This document shows positions 18,792-29,087 of a stretch of DNA of 64,000 nt, one piece after another. The notes beneath the pieces are model-generated. The model ran no database searches, was not told where the DNA came from, and was given only the letters and a program-made list of their open reading frames with translations. This DNA is from a virus. Lineage: Duplodnaviria > Caudoviricetes. Position numbers and translations under genes: made by a program. The number at the start of each line of letters is the position of its first letter. Position 1 is the first letter of the stretch. The stretch is from the IMG/VR virus record IMGVR_UViG_3300024259_001623. The stretch is one strand, 5' to 3'.

Positions 18792-19883
18792 TTAATCTCC
18801 TAAAATACTGGATAAATCATCGTCAGACGATTTATTTATTTTCTTTTGAGTTATCATAGCTTGAGTTAAACATCCTTTTACAACCGAATTCCTAGGATCA
18901 GCAGAGTGTTTTACATCTTTCACCTTAAACGGCAATTTCAAGCCTCTTATTACTTCTTCTATTTTATTGCAAAATCCTTTAGGCATACTTGTGCCACCAG
19001 CAACAACTATATCCAATGGAGAATCAAATTCGCTCTCAACATTAGCAAATTTAACTGCGAAATTCTTTAAAACGTATTCTATCATCGCTCCATAATAAAC
19101 ATCAAGAGCATATAAAATATCATCATCTTCATCCAAATTATTAAAATCTAATCTTTTCTCTTTGGCAGAAGTGACCTTAGATACAGAGATACCCAACTGC
19201 TCAGAAACCTTATTATCTATCCAATCACCACTTCTCGACGTAGACATGCCTAAAATCTTCAACCCCTTATAAGCCAAAACACAATTAACCCTACCAGCAC
19301 CGAAACTAATTCCAATACCACTATAAGGAGATTCAGTTCCATCCTCTTCGACAACAACAGGTCTTTCAGACAATATGACAGCCAAACCTTCTTCTATAAC
19401 CTTAACATTCCAACCATTCTTCTTAAACATACCCATCAATCTTGCCTTATGGAAGGCGCTATCAGCAGAACCATCAGTAGGAGGAGAAGACACACAAGTA
19501 CATACAACGGATTTGTCATTAGGAGCCTTGCCCAAAGATGTATTAATCAATTCAGATAATACTAACATCTTTTTCTCTTCATTCTTATTTAATACTCCGC
19601 TTTCCATAGGACGCCTTAACTCGACTTTACCTGGGAACAATTTTGCAACTCTCAAAGAGTCTTCACCTATAACAAAATAATCACCATCGTCCCTAACGAA
19701 TTTCCATTTATTTTGAGATAATACATCTTCAATATCATCTGTGGCTTCGATCTGCACAAATGCATTTCTGATGTTTTTTAATTCAATTTTATTATCTGCG
19801 TTTTTTTCTGCTGTTTGGAAAAACATAGTTCCGACATCGGCTCCGCACACTCTAGATTGTTTTTTATTTGCATCTTTTTCCAT
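18792..19883 (-). CDS. Actin-like ATPase (MreB/ParM superfamily)
   Basis: Phosphate-1 GADVGT, connect-1 IEEGLA, phosphate-2 GISFGAG, adenosine IVVAGGTS, connect-2 DPRNSVVKG; probable start MEKD after AGGAG. Confidence 0.85.
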   Translation of the reverse strand: MEKDANKKQSRVCGADVGTMFFQTAEKNADNKIELKNIRNAFVQIEATDDIEDVLSQNKWKFVRDDGDYFVIGEDSLRVAKLFPGKVELRRPMESGVLNKNEEKKMLVLSELINTSLGKAPNDKSVVCTCVSSPPTDGSADSAFHKARLMGMFKKNGWNVKVIEEGLAVILSERPVVVEEDGTESPYSGIGISFGAGRVNCVLAYKGLKILGMSTSRSGDWIDNKVSEQLGISVSKVTSAKEKRLDFNNLDEDDDILYALDVYYGAMIEYVLKNFAVKFANVESEFDSPLDIVVAGGTSMPKGFCNKIEEVIRGLKLPFKVKDVKHSADPRNSVVKGCLTQAMITQKKINKSSDDDLSSILGD

Positions 19884-19922
19884 TACATTTTCTCCTATTT
19901 TTTGCATATATTTCTATATTAA

Positions 19923-19930
19923 TTATCGGA
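19923..19930 (-). promoter_or_regulatory. Candidate promoter core TCCGATAA
   Basis: Intergenic, upstream of the actin-like gene. Confidence 0.3.
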
Positions 19931-19943
19931 TATATGATGATTA

Positions 19944-20522
19944 TTACATCAGATTTTCTAATTCTGATGCATTATCTAGAATTGAGTCATCAGATACTTC
20001 AGATTTCTCGTAATCAACAGAACCTTCAGTATTTTTAGACATTTTAGAAACAGCCTTAGCATGCATTGTAGCTATCTTTTCTATATCGATATCATCAGAT
20101 TCTTCTATCGCTACAGGCTGCTCAGTGTTATTTGAATCCCCAGACGTATTACTATTTTTTAATATATTTAATATCTGACTGACTTGCCCCATAATATCAG
20201 AATCAGAATTATTATTATCTTGCTTTTTAAGTCCAGACAACTGCTCTTTCAACTCATCTTTCATAAAATTCTTCAATTCATTTAAGATTTCTTCTTTTTC
20301 AAAATTATTAGGATTATCTACTTGAGACTTCTTAGAGACAGATTCCTCTCTATGTATGACTTTAACTTTCCCTTTTCGTTCAGCAAGTCGTAAATTATCT
20401 GACCTCTCTGGAGATACAAGAGTTTTTACTTTATGTAGATCGATAGCCTGATTAGGCCCTAAAGTTATACCTAAATCCGATAAAGTTATTTCATTCCGAC
20501 TTGAATTAGCTATTAGATACAT
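19944..20522 (-). CDS. Hypothetical protein with the shared N-terminal ~55-aa module and a coiled coil
   Basis: ANSSRNEITLSDLG...LRLAERKGKVKVI aligns with regions of 43133, 43798 and 48570. Confidence 0.65.
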   Translation of the reverse strand: MYLIANSSRNEITLSDLGITLGPNQAIDLHKVKTLVSPERSDNLRLAERKGKVKVIHREESVSKKSQVDNPNNFEKEEILNELKNFMKDELKEQLSGLKKQDNNNSDSDIMGQVSQILNILKNSNTSGDSNNTEQPVAIEESDDIDIEKIATMHAKAVSKMSKNTEGSVDYEKSEVSDDSILDNASELENLM

Positions 20523-20705
20523 TTAATATCTTCTTTGTGTTCGTATCCTGGGTAAGGGTTCTGGTTTTGGTTCTAAACAGATTTTATTTTCTTTTTTACA
20601 ATGAGGACATACATAATATAAGTTCCCATCAGAAAAATTTATCTCAATAGTTATATCGTCACCAGAAGGTTCTGCGCAATATTTGCAAATACAATATATT
20701 TTCAT
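20523..20705 (-). CDS. Small zinc-ribbon protein
   Basis: CKYC...CPHC. Confidence 0.65.
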   Translation of the reverse strand: MKIYCICKYCAEPSGDDITIEINFSDGNLYYVCPHCKKENKICLEPKPEPLPRIRTQRRY

Positions 20706-20707
20706 TT

Positions 20708-23104
20708 TTACCCCAACAATTGTCTGATCATAAACATGCCTCTAATATATATATCGTCCATTTTATCATGCATATTCTTAACAGATTCCGGAGAAGAAGA
20801 TATCCTGATCATTTTTCCATTCATCTTTCTCAACTTAGATATCTTAGTCATCATGTTTACATAAATCGCAACAGCCTGCTTATATCCTTCCCATCTAGAC
20901 AACTTGCTCTCTAATAAAGTGAATATCTGCTTTAATCTTGGAGGAAGAGGACCACCAGCGATCATAGAAATCATATCTCTACCATTTAACTTATTAATTC
21001 CTAACTCTTTATAAAGTCCTGGTCCTATATCTTCCAAAATACCTTTCAATTTAGCGTGACCCCCAACTTTATCTTTTGGAGAACCTTCCGGCTTTGGCCC
21101 CAAAGACGCATGAAATCTGATAAAGGTTAAAAAGTTTTGTCTAGCAATCTGAAAATCTCTGATTCTCTTCTCTCTTTCTCCTGGCATTAAAGTAGATATT
21201 TCTTTTTCCAGTTTTCCTTTACCTCTTATAAAAGCAATAAGAGCATCTGCTGCAAGCTTTCCCCAAACGAAGCCAGATTGTGAAAGATATTTTTGTGTAT
21301 TTAAATTAGATCTTGCGTCTATATATTTTTGACTCTGTTCTAAAGTATGTCTAACAAAATTATCATCATTTAGAAATTTCGCTAATGTTGGATCCTGATA
21401 TACTGGATTAGAAGAAACAGTTTTCCGTATTCTATCATAAAAATCCTCGCTACTATCTAGTCCCTGTACCTGCAACTTTTCAGCAATAGATTTAATATCA
21501 GTTTTCATTTGATATAATAAGTTATTATATTGAGTAGTAACTTTAGGGCTAACAGCATTCGCCATCTGATTTTCATAATCACTTTTATTTGTTTTTTTCC
21601 ACCTAATACCTCCTATATTATTAAAAATACCTACAGGAGTAGCATAAACCTCACCGGGAGCTAATTTCTCTAATATACTATCTATCTCCTTTTGATCTAC
21701 AGGACTAGTGGATTTTTCACTGTTATCCATTAGTTTTAATAATTTTCTTAATTCTGGATCTTTTACTTCTTCTGGTTTTCTCAAGAAAGTAGCATTAGAG
21801 AAAAGATCAGATACCTGCCTCTTGAATAATGCAGATTTCAAAGAAACTAAGTCTACAGCCCCAATAGCTGAATCTTTTGTTTTTTGACTAACTCCAGAAA
21901 GAGAATCTACATATGTTCCCATAACATCTTTCATCTCATTCATAAAATCATTAACTAAAACAGTACCATCTCTAACAGAATTAATCCTTTCCTCGGGACT
22001 CATTCTACTTTCTGACCTATCAACCACTGTCTTATTAAATTTATCGACAGGATCTAAAACGTCAAACTCACCAGCTTCCCCTTCCTCGACCATATCTTTT
22101 GGCATACTTTGTTCCTGCTGAGGAAAATCCTTATAGGCAACATATGCAGCTATATCTTCCGCCCTTCTAAGAATACCCGGAAGAACTCTTTGGTCCCGGG
22201 CCTTTAATAATTCGCTAAGATGTTCCTGCAAATCATTAGCAAGTTTACCGCCGGCATAACTTGCCAATAATTTTTCTTTTGTTGGTCCAGTTATACTTTT
22301 TTTTACTGGCCTTACATAAAATTTACCAGGAAGATGTGAATCCTCTTTCGTATTAACGATATCCTCTTTTGTATAACCTTGAGCCAAAGCCTTCTGTACA
22401 TCTTTGTCATATCGAGCTTGATCTTTTTGTGTAGATAACCGCAATGCATAATCCCAAGATTTTTTAACGTCTTCCCAAGATCCTCTTAAATGGTCTGGAA
22501 CTAAATCTTCATTATTAACAAATATAGCAAGTCTAGAGTCTCTCAAATCCCCCTGGGCAGCGTATTCATATATACGACGATTCTCCCCAAGGGCAGCTTC
22601 CATAGCTTGCCATAAATAACCTAAAATAATCTTTATTCTCTCTTCTTTTGAAATGCTTTTATCAAGTAATCCCAATCTTTGTGCTGCTCCACCAGGATAA
22701 CTATATCTACTTTTAATTTTACTTGCTAAACTATTTAAACTATCCATAAATTCTGGAGATTGCCTAACAACCTCCGGAGGAAAATTATCTTTAAAAAGCT
22801 GAGATTGTTCTGTAGGCATAAAATAATTAGAAATACCAAAAAAATTAGTCTTATCAGTATTTACAGCTTCATCCCCAAAATCAAATGAAATATTAGATGG
22901 TTTTGCTGGAGGATCTATAACTTTTTCTATATTATACTGAGCGTTTTCATTTTCATCTATATCATCTAAATTGTCACTTATATCAGGCTCGATAGCATCA
23001 TCATTTTGTACAGTATTAACATTATACGTATCGACTACAGACTTATCAAATTTCGAGACTGATGCTAATAGATTAAACTTTTTTGAGGAATCTTCAAAAG
23101 ACAT
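20708..23104 (-). CDS. Large hypothetical protein, tandem paralogue B
   Basis: 798 aa; aligns over its last ~720 aa with 23117..26005. Confidence 0.8.
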   Translation of the reverse strand: MSFEDSSKKFNLLASVSKFDKSVVDTYNVNTVQNDDAIEPDISDNLDDIDENENAQYNIEKVIDPPAKPSNISFDFGDEAVNTDKTNFFGISNYFMPTEQSQLFKDNFPPEVVRQSPEFMDSLNSLASKIKSRYSYPGGAAQRLGLLDKSISKEERIKIILGYLWQAMEAALGENRRIYEYAAQGDLRDSRLAIFVNNEDLVPDHLRGSWEDVKKSWDYALRLSTQKDQARYDKDVQKALAQGYTKEDIVNTKEDSHLPGKFYVRPVKKSITGPTKEKLLASYAGGKLANDLQEHLSELLKARDQRVLPGILRRAEDIAAYVAYKDFPQQEQSMPKDMVEEGEAGEFDVLDPVDKFNKTVVDRSESRMSPEERINSVRDGTVLVNDFMNEMKDVMGTYVDSLSGVSQKTKDSAIGAVDLVSLKSALFKRQVSDLFSNATFLRKPEEVKDPELRKLLKLMDNSEKSTSPVDQKEIDSILEKLAPGEVYATPVGIFNNIGGIRWKKTNKSDYENQMANAVSPKVTTQYNNLLYQMKTDIKSIAEKLQVQGLDSSEDFYDRIRKTVSSNPVYQDPTLAKFLNDDNFVRHTLEQSQKYIDARSNLNTQKYLSQSGFVWGKLAADALIAFIRGKGKLEKEISTLMPGEREKRIRDFQIARQNFLTFIRFHASLGPKPEGSPKDKVGGHAKLKGILEDIGPGLYKELGINKLNGRDMISMIAGGPLPPRLKQIFTLLESKLSRWEGYKQAVAIYVNMMTKISKLRKMNGKMIRISSSPESVKNMHDKMDDIYIRGMFMIRQLLG

Positions 23105-23116
23105 AATAATCTCCTT

Positions 23117-26005
23117 TTACCCCAACAACTGTCTAATCATAAACATTCCTCTTCTATGAATATCTGCTATCTGATCTTGAACATTCTTAACAGATTCAGT
23201 AGTTGCAGCCATCCTGATCATTTTTCTATTCATCTTTCTTAACTTGGCTATCTTAGTCATCATGTTTACATAAACTGCAACAGCCTGCTTATATCCTTCC
23301 CATCTAGACAACTTGCTCTCTAATAAAGTGAATATCTGCTTTAATCTTGGAGAAAGAGGACCGCCAGCAATCATAGAAATCATGTCTCTACCATTTAATT
23401 TATTAATTCCTAACTCTTTATAAAGTCCTGGTCCTATATCTTCCAGAATACCTTTCAATTTAGCGTGACCGCCAATCTTATCTTTTGGAGAACCTTCCGG
23501 TTTTGGCCCCAAAGACGCGTGATATCTAATAAATGTCAAGAAATTTTGTCTAGCGATCTGGAAATCTTTTATTCTCTTCTCTCTTTCTTCTGGCATTAAG
23601 GTAGATATTTCTTTTTCCAGTTTTCCTTTACCTCTTATAAAAGCAATAAGAGCATCTGCTGCTAATCTGCCCCATACCTGACCAGATTGAGAAGTATACT
23701 GTTGAGAAGTTAATTCAGATCTTGCGTCTATATATTTTTGACTCTGCTCTAAAGTATGTTTGATAAAATTATCATCATTTAAGAAGCCAGCCAATGTTTT
23801 ATCTTGATATGCAGCATTAGAAGAAACAGATTCCCTGATTCTATCATAAAGATCGCTGCTACCGGCTAGCCCCTGAGACTGCAATCTTTCAGAAACATTT
23901 TTAATATCAGCTTTCATTTTATATAACAAATTATTGTATTGTGTAGCCGTTTGAGTGCTAATAGTATTAGCCATCTGATTACTATAAGAACTTTTCCCGG
24001 TTTTATCCCATCTTATTCTACCCCTATTATTGAAGATACCTTGAGGAGTAGCATAAGATTCGCCAGGAGCTAATTTTTCCAGCATACTATCTATCTGTTT
24101 TTGGCATTTAGCTCCGCAATCTTCTCCACTGTCATCCATTAGTTTTAATAATTTTCTTAATTCTGGGTCTTTTACTTCTTCTGGTTTTCTCAAGAAAGTA
24201 GCATTAGAGAAAAGATCAGATACCTGTCTCTTAAACAATTCAGATTTCAAAGAAACTAAGTCTACAGCGCCAATAGCTGCATCTTTGCTACTTTGACTAA
24301 CTCCAGAAAGAGAATCTACATATGTCCCCATCACATCTTGCATTTCATCCATAAAACCTTTAACTAAGACAGATCCATCTCTAACAGAATTAATCCTTTC
24401 CTCTGGACTCATTCTACTTTCGATTCTATCAACAACTGTCTTATCAAAATCTGCTGACTCAGCTACGCTTCTTTCTTCCCCTTGGTCATCTGTAGCGGTA
24501 GGCATACTTTTCTCTTTATGAGGGAATTCTTTATAAGCAGCATATGCCGCAATATCTTCCGCTCTTCTAAGAATACCTGGAAGAACTCTTTGATCTCCAG
24601 CCTTCAGCAACTCGCTAAGATGTTCCTGCAAATCATTACCTAATGTTCCATCAGAATGAAGAGACAATAATTTTTCTTTTGTTGGGCCTGTTATACTTTT
24701 CTTTAATGGTCTAACATAAGCCTTGCCTGGGGCACGAGCTTCAACTCTAGTATTAACGATATCATCTTCTGAATAACCACTAGCCAAAGCTTTCTGCACA
24801 TCTTTGTTATATCGTGTTTGATCTTTTGCGATTTCGGACTGTAACTGATAATCCCAAGATTTTTTAACATCTCCCCACCCTTCCTGTAGATGGTCTGGAA
24901 CTAAATCTTCATTATTAACAAAAATCGCCAATCTTGAATCTCTCAAGTCTCCCTGAGCGCCATAATCATACATTCTATGATTAGTTCCAAGAGCAGCTTC
25001 CATAGCTTGCCATAAATAACCTGAAACAATAGCTACTCTCTCTTCTCTTGAAATGCCTCTATCAAGTAATCCTAATCTTTGTGCTGCTCCACCAGGATAA
25101 CTATACCTACTTTTAATTTTACTTGCCAAACGTACTAGACTCTCCATAAATTCATCAGTTTCAACAACACCTTCTGGAGGGAAATTCTCTTTAAAAAGCT
25201 TAGATTGATCTGTTGGCATAAAGTAATTGGAAATACCAAAGAAATTAGTCTTATCACTTTTAACAGCTTTTGCGTCTAATAAATCACTAAAATTGAATTT
25301 AGAACCAGTATCTTGATCCTCATTAACAGCCGCCTCGTCAGCCTCAGCCATCTGCTCTCTTACTTCTTCAATTTCTCCGCGATTATCTTCATACAGTTCA
25401 TCAGTCTGTGTAACAGGTGCCTCAGCGGGGGCTTCAGCAGGAGCTTCCACAGGGGCTTCTACTGTCTCAGGAGCCTCTATAACTGGTTCTTCTTCTATCG
25501 GGGCCTCTGTCTCAACAACGGTTTCTGGGGCCTCTTCTGTTACATAATCCTCGCTCCCCAACATATCAATATAATTGATGATTTCTTCTTTAGCGATATC
25601 ATATGTAACATATTCTTTTTGTAAATTAGAATTGATATCTGAGAATAACTCTTGTAGTACTGCGTTAGTATCAAAATCTATTCCCTGTTCCGCAGAGTAT
25701 TCTTTGAAAAAATCCAAATCTTCTTGGGAGAATCCACCTTCTTCTGCTTCAAAGCCGTATTCTGGTTGTACCGAAGTATCTGCAAATTCATCATCTTCGG
25801 AGATTTCTACTAAGCCTTCTCCTGGCCTAGCAACAGGTCTAGCAACGCCAGTGGGGTCTATAACAGCTTGTTCTTGCCCATAACCTTCATCAAAATCTTC
25901 TACCCATTCTCCTTCATCGTTCACATAGCCAGACTGTTTTTTAATTTTATTTGTATCTGCCGACTTTTTCAAATTGAATTTCTTTCTGGCCTTTTCAAAA
26001 GACAT
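23117..26005 (-). CDS. Large hypothetical protein, tandem paralogue A with an acidic E/A/P-rich N-terminal extension
   Basis: 962 aa; EAPA/EAPV repeats; shares KTNFFGISNYFMPT...RGMFMIRQLLG with paralogue B. Confidence 0.8.
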   Translation of the reverse strand: MSFEKARKKFNLKKSADTNKIKKQSGYVNDEGEWVEDFDEGYGQEQAVIDPTGVARPVARPGEGLVEISEDDEFADTSVQPEYGFEAEEGGFSQEDLDFFKEYSAEQGIDFDTNAVLQELFSDINSNLQKEYVTYDIAKEEIINYIDMLGSEDYVTEEAPETVVETEAPIEEEPVIEAPETVEAPVEAPAEAPAEAPVTQTDELYEDNRGEIEEVREQMAEADEAAVNEDQDTGSKFNFSDLLDAKAVKSDKTNFFGISNYFMPTDQSKLFKENFPPEGVVETDEFMESLVRLASKIKSRYSYPGGAAQRLGLLDRGISREERVAIVSGYLWQAMEAALGTNHRMYDYGAQGDLRDSRLAIFVNNEDLVPDHLQEGWGDVKKSWDYQLQSEIAKDQTRYNKDVQKALASGYSEDDIVNTRVEARAPGKAYVRPLKKSITGPTKEKLLSLHSDGTLGNDLQEHLSELLKAGDQRVLPGILRRAEDIAAYAAYKEFPHKEKSMPTATDDQGEERSVAESADFDKTVVDRIESRMSPEERINSVRDGSVLVKGFMDEMQDVMGTYVDSLSGVSQSSKDAAIGAVDLVSLKSELFKRQVSDLFSNATFLRKPEEVKDPELRKLLKLMDDSGEDCGAKCQKQIDSMLEKLAPGESYATPQGIFNNRGRIRWDKTGKSSYSNQMANTISTQTATQYNNLLYKMKADIKNVSERLQSQGLAGSSDLYDRIRESVSSNAAYQDKTLAGFLNDDNFIKHTLEQSQKYIDARSELTSQQYTSQSGQVWGRLAADALIAFIRGKGKLEKEISTLMPEEREKRIKDFQIARQNFLTFIRYHASLGPKPEGSPKDKIGGHAKLKGILEDIGPGLYKELGINKLNGRDMISMIAGGPLSPRLKQIFTLLESKLSRWEGYKQAVAVYVNMMTKIAKLRKMNRKMIRMAATTESVKNVQDQIADIHRRGMFMIRQLLG

Positions 26006-26048
26006 TATAAACTCCCATTATATTTTATTACAATAACCCTATGCAAAA

Positions 26049-27794
26049 TTAATTTCCATTATTTTCGTACCTTTCCTCTATTTTTGCTACAATAGGATCT
26101 CTTACTATACTTTTTTTAGTTAATTGATGAATACCTACTCCATCAATGCCCACAAAACGACTAATAGCGTCTTTAAGACCGTTTGATTCCTTTATATCGG
26201 ATTGTCCTAAATCTCCAGTAACTATACATTTAGATCCTTGTCCGATTCTAGTCAAAAACATTCTCATTTGGCCCTTCAAAGAATTTTGAAATTCATCTCC
26301 AATAACTATAGCCTTATTAAATGTAACTCCTCTTTGAAAAGCTAATGGTAATGTAATAATCTCTTTATCTTTAAGCATTCTTTGTAATTCTATTTCTGGA
26401 ATCCTATCGCATAAAAAGCTTATTAGGGGAAGCATATATGGAGCTAATTTTTCTTCCATATCGCCAGGCAAGAATCCTAATTTCTCTCCATATGCTTCAA
26501 CAGCAGGACGAGTCAAAATCATTTTGTCGAATTTACCATGTAAAAGCTCATTTAATCCCCACATTGTAGCCAAAAAAGTATTATGCGTAACAATGCAATT
26601 ATTAGTCAAATATAAATGATCTTCACTATCCAAATAAATACATTGAGCTAAAGTTTTTCTACTTTTTTCTATTTTTGATATAACTCTCTTTACCTTATAT
26701 TTCGTTCTTTTCTTAGTTTTATCTTTTTTCCTTTGCAGATTAAACAACTCACTAGGATCATTATATCTAATAAAGCATCTGTAAGCCTTTCGACCTTTCT
26801 TTTTTTCTCCATTATATGTATATGATGTGCACCTTTCTTTTATTACGCAAATCCCTCCCAATGATCCAATAACTTCTTTAACGTCAAAAGCCAATTGATG
26901 AGAAGTAGTCGTAAAGCCAATCTGACCCCCCTTTTCCACGTAGCCATCCGAATCAAATAACCCCCTTAAAATACCAACCCTGACATTTCTGAGATTGTAT
27001 TTGTAATTATCTGGAATAAATTTCTCATAAGAAAGTTTTTTATATAAGCCACACTTTTCCAACTTATCGGTATAATAATTCCTATCGTTACGTTTCTTTT
27101 TCCTACAGATAGAATAACCAAACTTATGCTTTAATCTGTGAATTTCATAATCTTCCTTGATAACCATATATTGCAAAACTTCGCTATCATCTGTATAAAT
27201 TTGAGGACTTGCAAGTTTTAACATCCCATCGCCGATTAAAAATCCTAATAAATATGGATCTATATCCACTTCCTGTTCATTAAAATAAACCTCTTCTGGA
27301 ACACTTATTGACAACTTGTTATAACCGGAATGCGTTTTATAATTATTCAGAATCCACTCTAAGTCTCGAACCTTTTCAGATTTCCACCACTTACAATCTA
27401 TTTTCCATAAATGTTCCTTACAACATTCAACACTATCCCCATCAGAAAATGTAATCTTATAAATTTGTTTTTCGCCTTGAGGATAAACTTCTAAAACTTT
27501 TGCCGAAGAACCATCTGGAGTACAAATATCATTTCCAACCTTTATTTCTCCCATTTTTTTTGGTCCGTTTGGAGTATAAACCAAAGAATCTAATGGCTGT
27601 GCCTTACCTGTTCCGGGAGGACCATAAACAAAATCGATTTTGTTTTCATTAAAAGATTTTAAAATGACTTTTTGTTCATCTGTCTTAGCTGTTGGACTAC
27701 AATTAAATACTTTTTTCTTTTGAGAAGTGGTGGCTACTGGCATTCTTGTTGACACTTTCCTTGCTGTAGCCTTCTTAATTTTTCTTGTTGACAA
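26049..27794 (-). CDS. phoH: PhoH-family ATPase interrupted by an intein
   Basis: GPPGTGK|T P-loop, KMILTRPAVE, LGFLPGD, LAFQRGVTF, IGDEFQN, RIGQGSKCIVTGDLGQSD. Confidence 0.9.
   Translation of the reverse strand: MSTRKIKKATARKVSTRMPVATTSQKKKVFNCSPTAKTDEQKVILKSFNENKIDFVYGPPGTGKAQPLDSLVYTPNGPKKMGEIKVGNDICTPDGSSAKVLEVYPQGEKQIYKITFSDGDSVECCKEHLWKIDCKWWKSEKVRDLEWILNNYKTHSGYNKLSISVPEEVYFNEQEVDIDPYLLGFLIGDGMLKLASPQIYTDDSEVLQYMVIKEDYEIHRLKHKFGYSICRKKKRNDRNYYTDKLEKCGLYKKLSYEKFIPDNYKYNLRNVRVGILRGLFDSDGYVEKGGQIGFTTTSHQLAFDVKEVIGSLGGICVIKERCTSYTYNGEKKKGRKAYRCFIRYNDPSELFNLQRKKDKTKKRTKYKVKRVISKIEKSRKTLAQCIYLDSEDHLYLTNNCIVTHNTFLATMWGLNELLHGKFDKMILTRPAVEAYGEKLGFLPGDMEEKLAPYMLPLISFLCDRIPEIELQRMLKDKEIITLPLAFQRGVTFNKAIVIGDEFQNSLKGQMRMFLTRIGQGSKCIVTGDLGQSDIKESNGLKDAISRFVGIDGVGIHQLTKKSIVRDPIVAKIEERYENNGN
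26580..27602 (-). mobile_element. Class 3-type intein (341 aa) with a LAGLIDADG endonuclease
   Basis: Starts AQPLDS after P-loop Lys, ends IVTHN with Thr+1; W in block B (EHLW), C in block F (AQCIYL), T in block G; PYLLGFLIGDG and GILRGLFDSDG. Confidence 0.85.
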
Positions 27795-27817
27795 AAAAAT
27801 AGTCTCCTTGTATATAA

Positions 27818-28225
27818 TTAAGATCTAAATAATAAAACTGTATCTTTATTCTCAACAGATACATCTATACCTTCAAAAATATATTTTGTATGCTTTTTAT
27901 CATACTCCATAAATACATCTACAATAAAATCCCAGTCCTTCTTTTTCATAAAATGACTTTTACCAGATAATACTTTATATTTTATCCTTAAAAGATCTAT
28001 ATTATACTCTTCTTTTAACTCGTCTAATCTCTTATCCACATGATTTCTCATGAATACGTCTTCCCATCCACAAACATGATAGGATTTCTGTATGTTCTTT
28101 TGCTGCTCTGAAGATAAACTATTAAAAATAGTATCTCTTTGGCTTTTATCCAAATATTTTGCATAAAACCAATACTCCGCAAAATCTGCAAAAACATCAT
28201 TATTCTTGATATTTTTAGTAGCCAT
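27818..28225 (-). CDS. Hypothetical protein
   Basis: 135 aa with GGAG RBS, co-oriented. Confidence 0.65.
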   Translation of the reverse strand: MATKNIKNNDVFADFAEYWFYAKYLDKSQRDTIFNSLSSEQQKNIQKSYHVCGWEDVFMRNHVDKRLDELKEEYNIDLLRIKYKVLSGKSHFMKKKDWDFIVDVFMEYDKKHTKYIFEGIDVSVENKDTVLLFRS

Positions 28226-28269
28226 TTTTAAACTCCTTTAAAATGGAACTAATACTAATGTTATTATTG

Positions 28270-28683
28270 TTATTCTACAACTTTTATTTCCACACAATGG
28301 TCTGTTACTAAAATAGCACAATCCATACCAAAATTTTCCAACAATTTTAAACATTGTGCTTCCACATCTTTAAGGGCTTCAGTTGATGAAGGATTAGAAT
28401 TATTACCAACCTTTATATGTAACAACTTTCCTTTTACACTAAGTATATTAGGCATCTCGCCAATGTCTTTATTGTTATAATTATCAGTATTATCCTCTTT
28501 TACTTCAATTTTCTCTTTTTGCGCTGGTGGTTTTACTTGAGGTTTTACTTCAACCTTTTCTTTTTTAACTGGAGCTTTTTTCACTGTAGGCTTTTTAACT
28601 AATGGTTTTTTGATCAACGATGGAGTTTCTTTTTTAACTGTTGTTGTTTTCTCATTCATCTCATCTATCTTAATCTCTTCCAT
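28270..28683 (-). CDS. Hypothetical protein with a Lys/Pro-rich N-terminal half
   Basis: KKPLVKKPTVKKAPVKK repeats, then a small folded domain. Confidence 0.65.
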   Translation of the reverse strand: MEEIKIDEMNEKTTTVKKETPSLIKKPLVKKPTVKKAPVKKEKVEVKPQVKPPAQKEKIEVKEDNTDNYNNKDIGEMPNILSVKGKLLHIKVGNNSNPSSTEALKDVEAQCLKLLENFGMDCAILVTDHCVEIKVVE

Positions 28684-28692
28684 AACCTTCTC

Positions 28693-29058
28693 CTATAAAT
28701 CTTTATTTTCTTTGCCATCGGCAATAATAGGAACATTTGTATTCTCAACGCCATCATCTTTCTTCTTGATAATCATCCTAATATCACCATTAGATAAGAT
28801 AAAAGCATTTTTCTCGTCTAATTTACCCTGAATCCAAGCAAGAACCATTCTCTTTTGAATATAAATACCTTCTCCACTCAAAATAGACGCCTTATGTACA
28901 TCAGGTAAATCCTTCACTACTTGGGCCTCACCTTTAGCAACTATATTTTTAAGATTAACAGAAGGCAAAAAATACAGAAAAATATCATCTCGCAAAATAA
29001 CACTTTCTATCTTCTTCATCTTTTCTTTAATCAGTGGATCATTCATGTTAAGCTTCAT
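28693..29058 (-). CDS. Hypothetical protein
   Basis: Probable start MKLNM after GAGGG. Confidence 0.6.
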   Translation of the reverse strand: MKLNMNDPLIKEKMKKIESVILRDDIFLYFLPSVNLKNIVAKGEAQVVKDLPDVHKASILSGEGIYIQKRMVLAWIQGKLDEKNAFILSNGDIRMIIKKKDDGVENTNVPIIADGKENKDL

Positions 29059-29087
29059 TTTTATCCCTCTATAAAATAACAATCTCT

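Noticed and set aside
27061-27080. 11-nt match (TATTATACCGA) between the predicted TnpB guide and the intein coding region
   Set aside because: Guide positions 1-4 mismatch, and about one such hit is expected by chance in this AT-rich window.
28270-28430. Possible similarity of the C-terminal domain (LLHIKVGN...ILVTDHCVEIKVV) to a portal clip segment
   Set aside because: Memory-based impression on ~50 aa; cannot be supported without HHpred.
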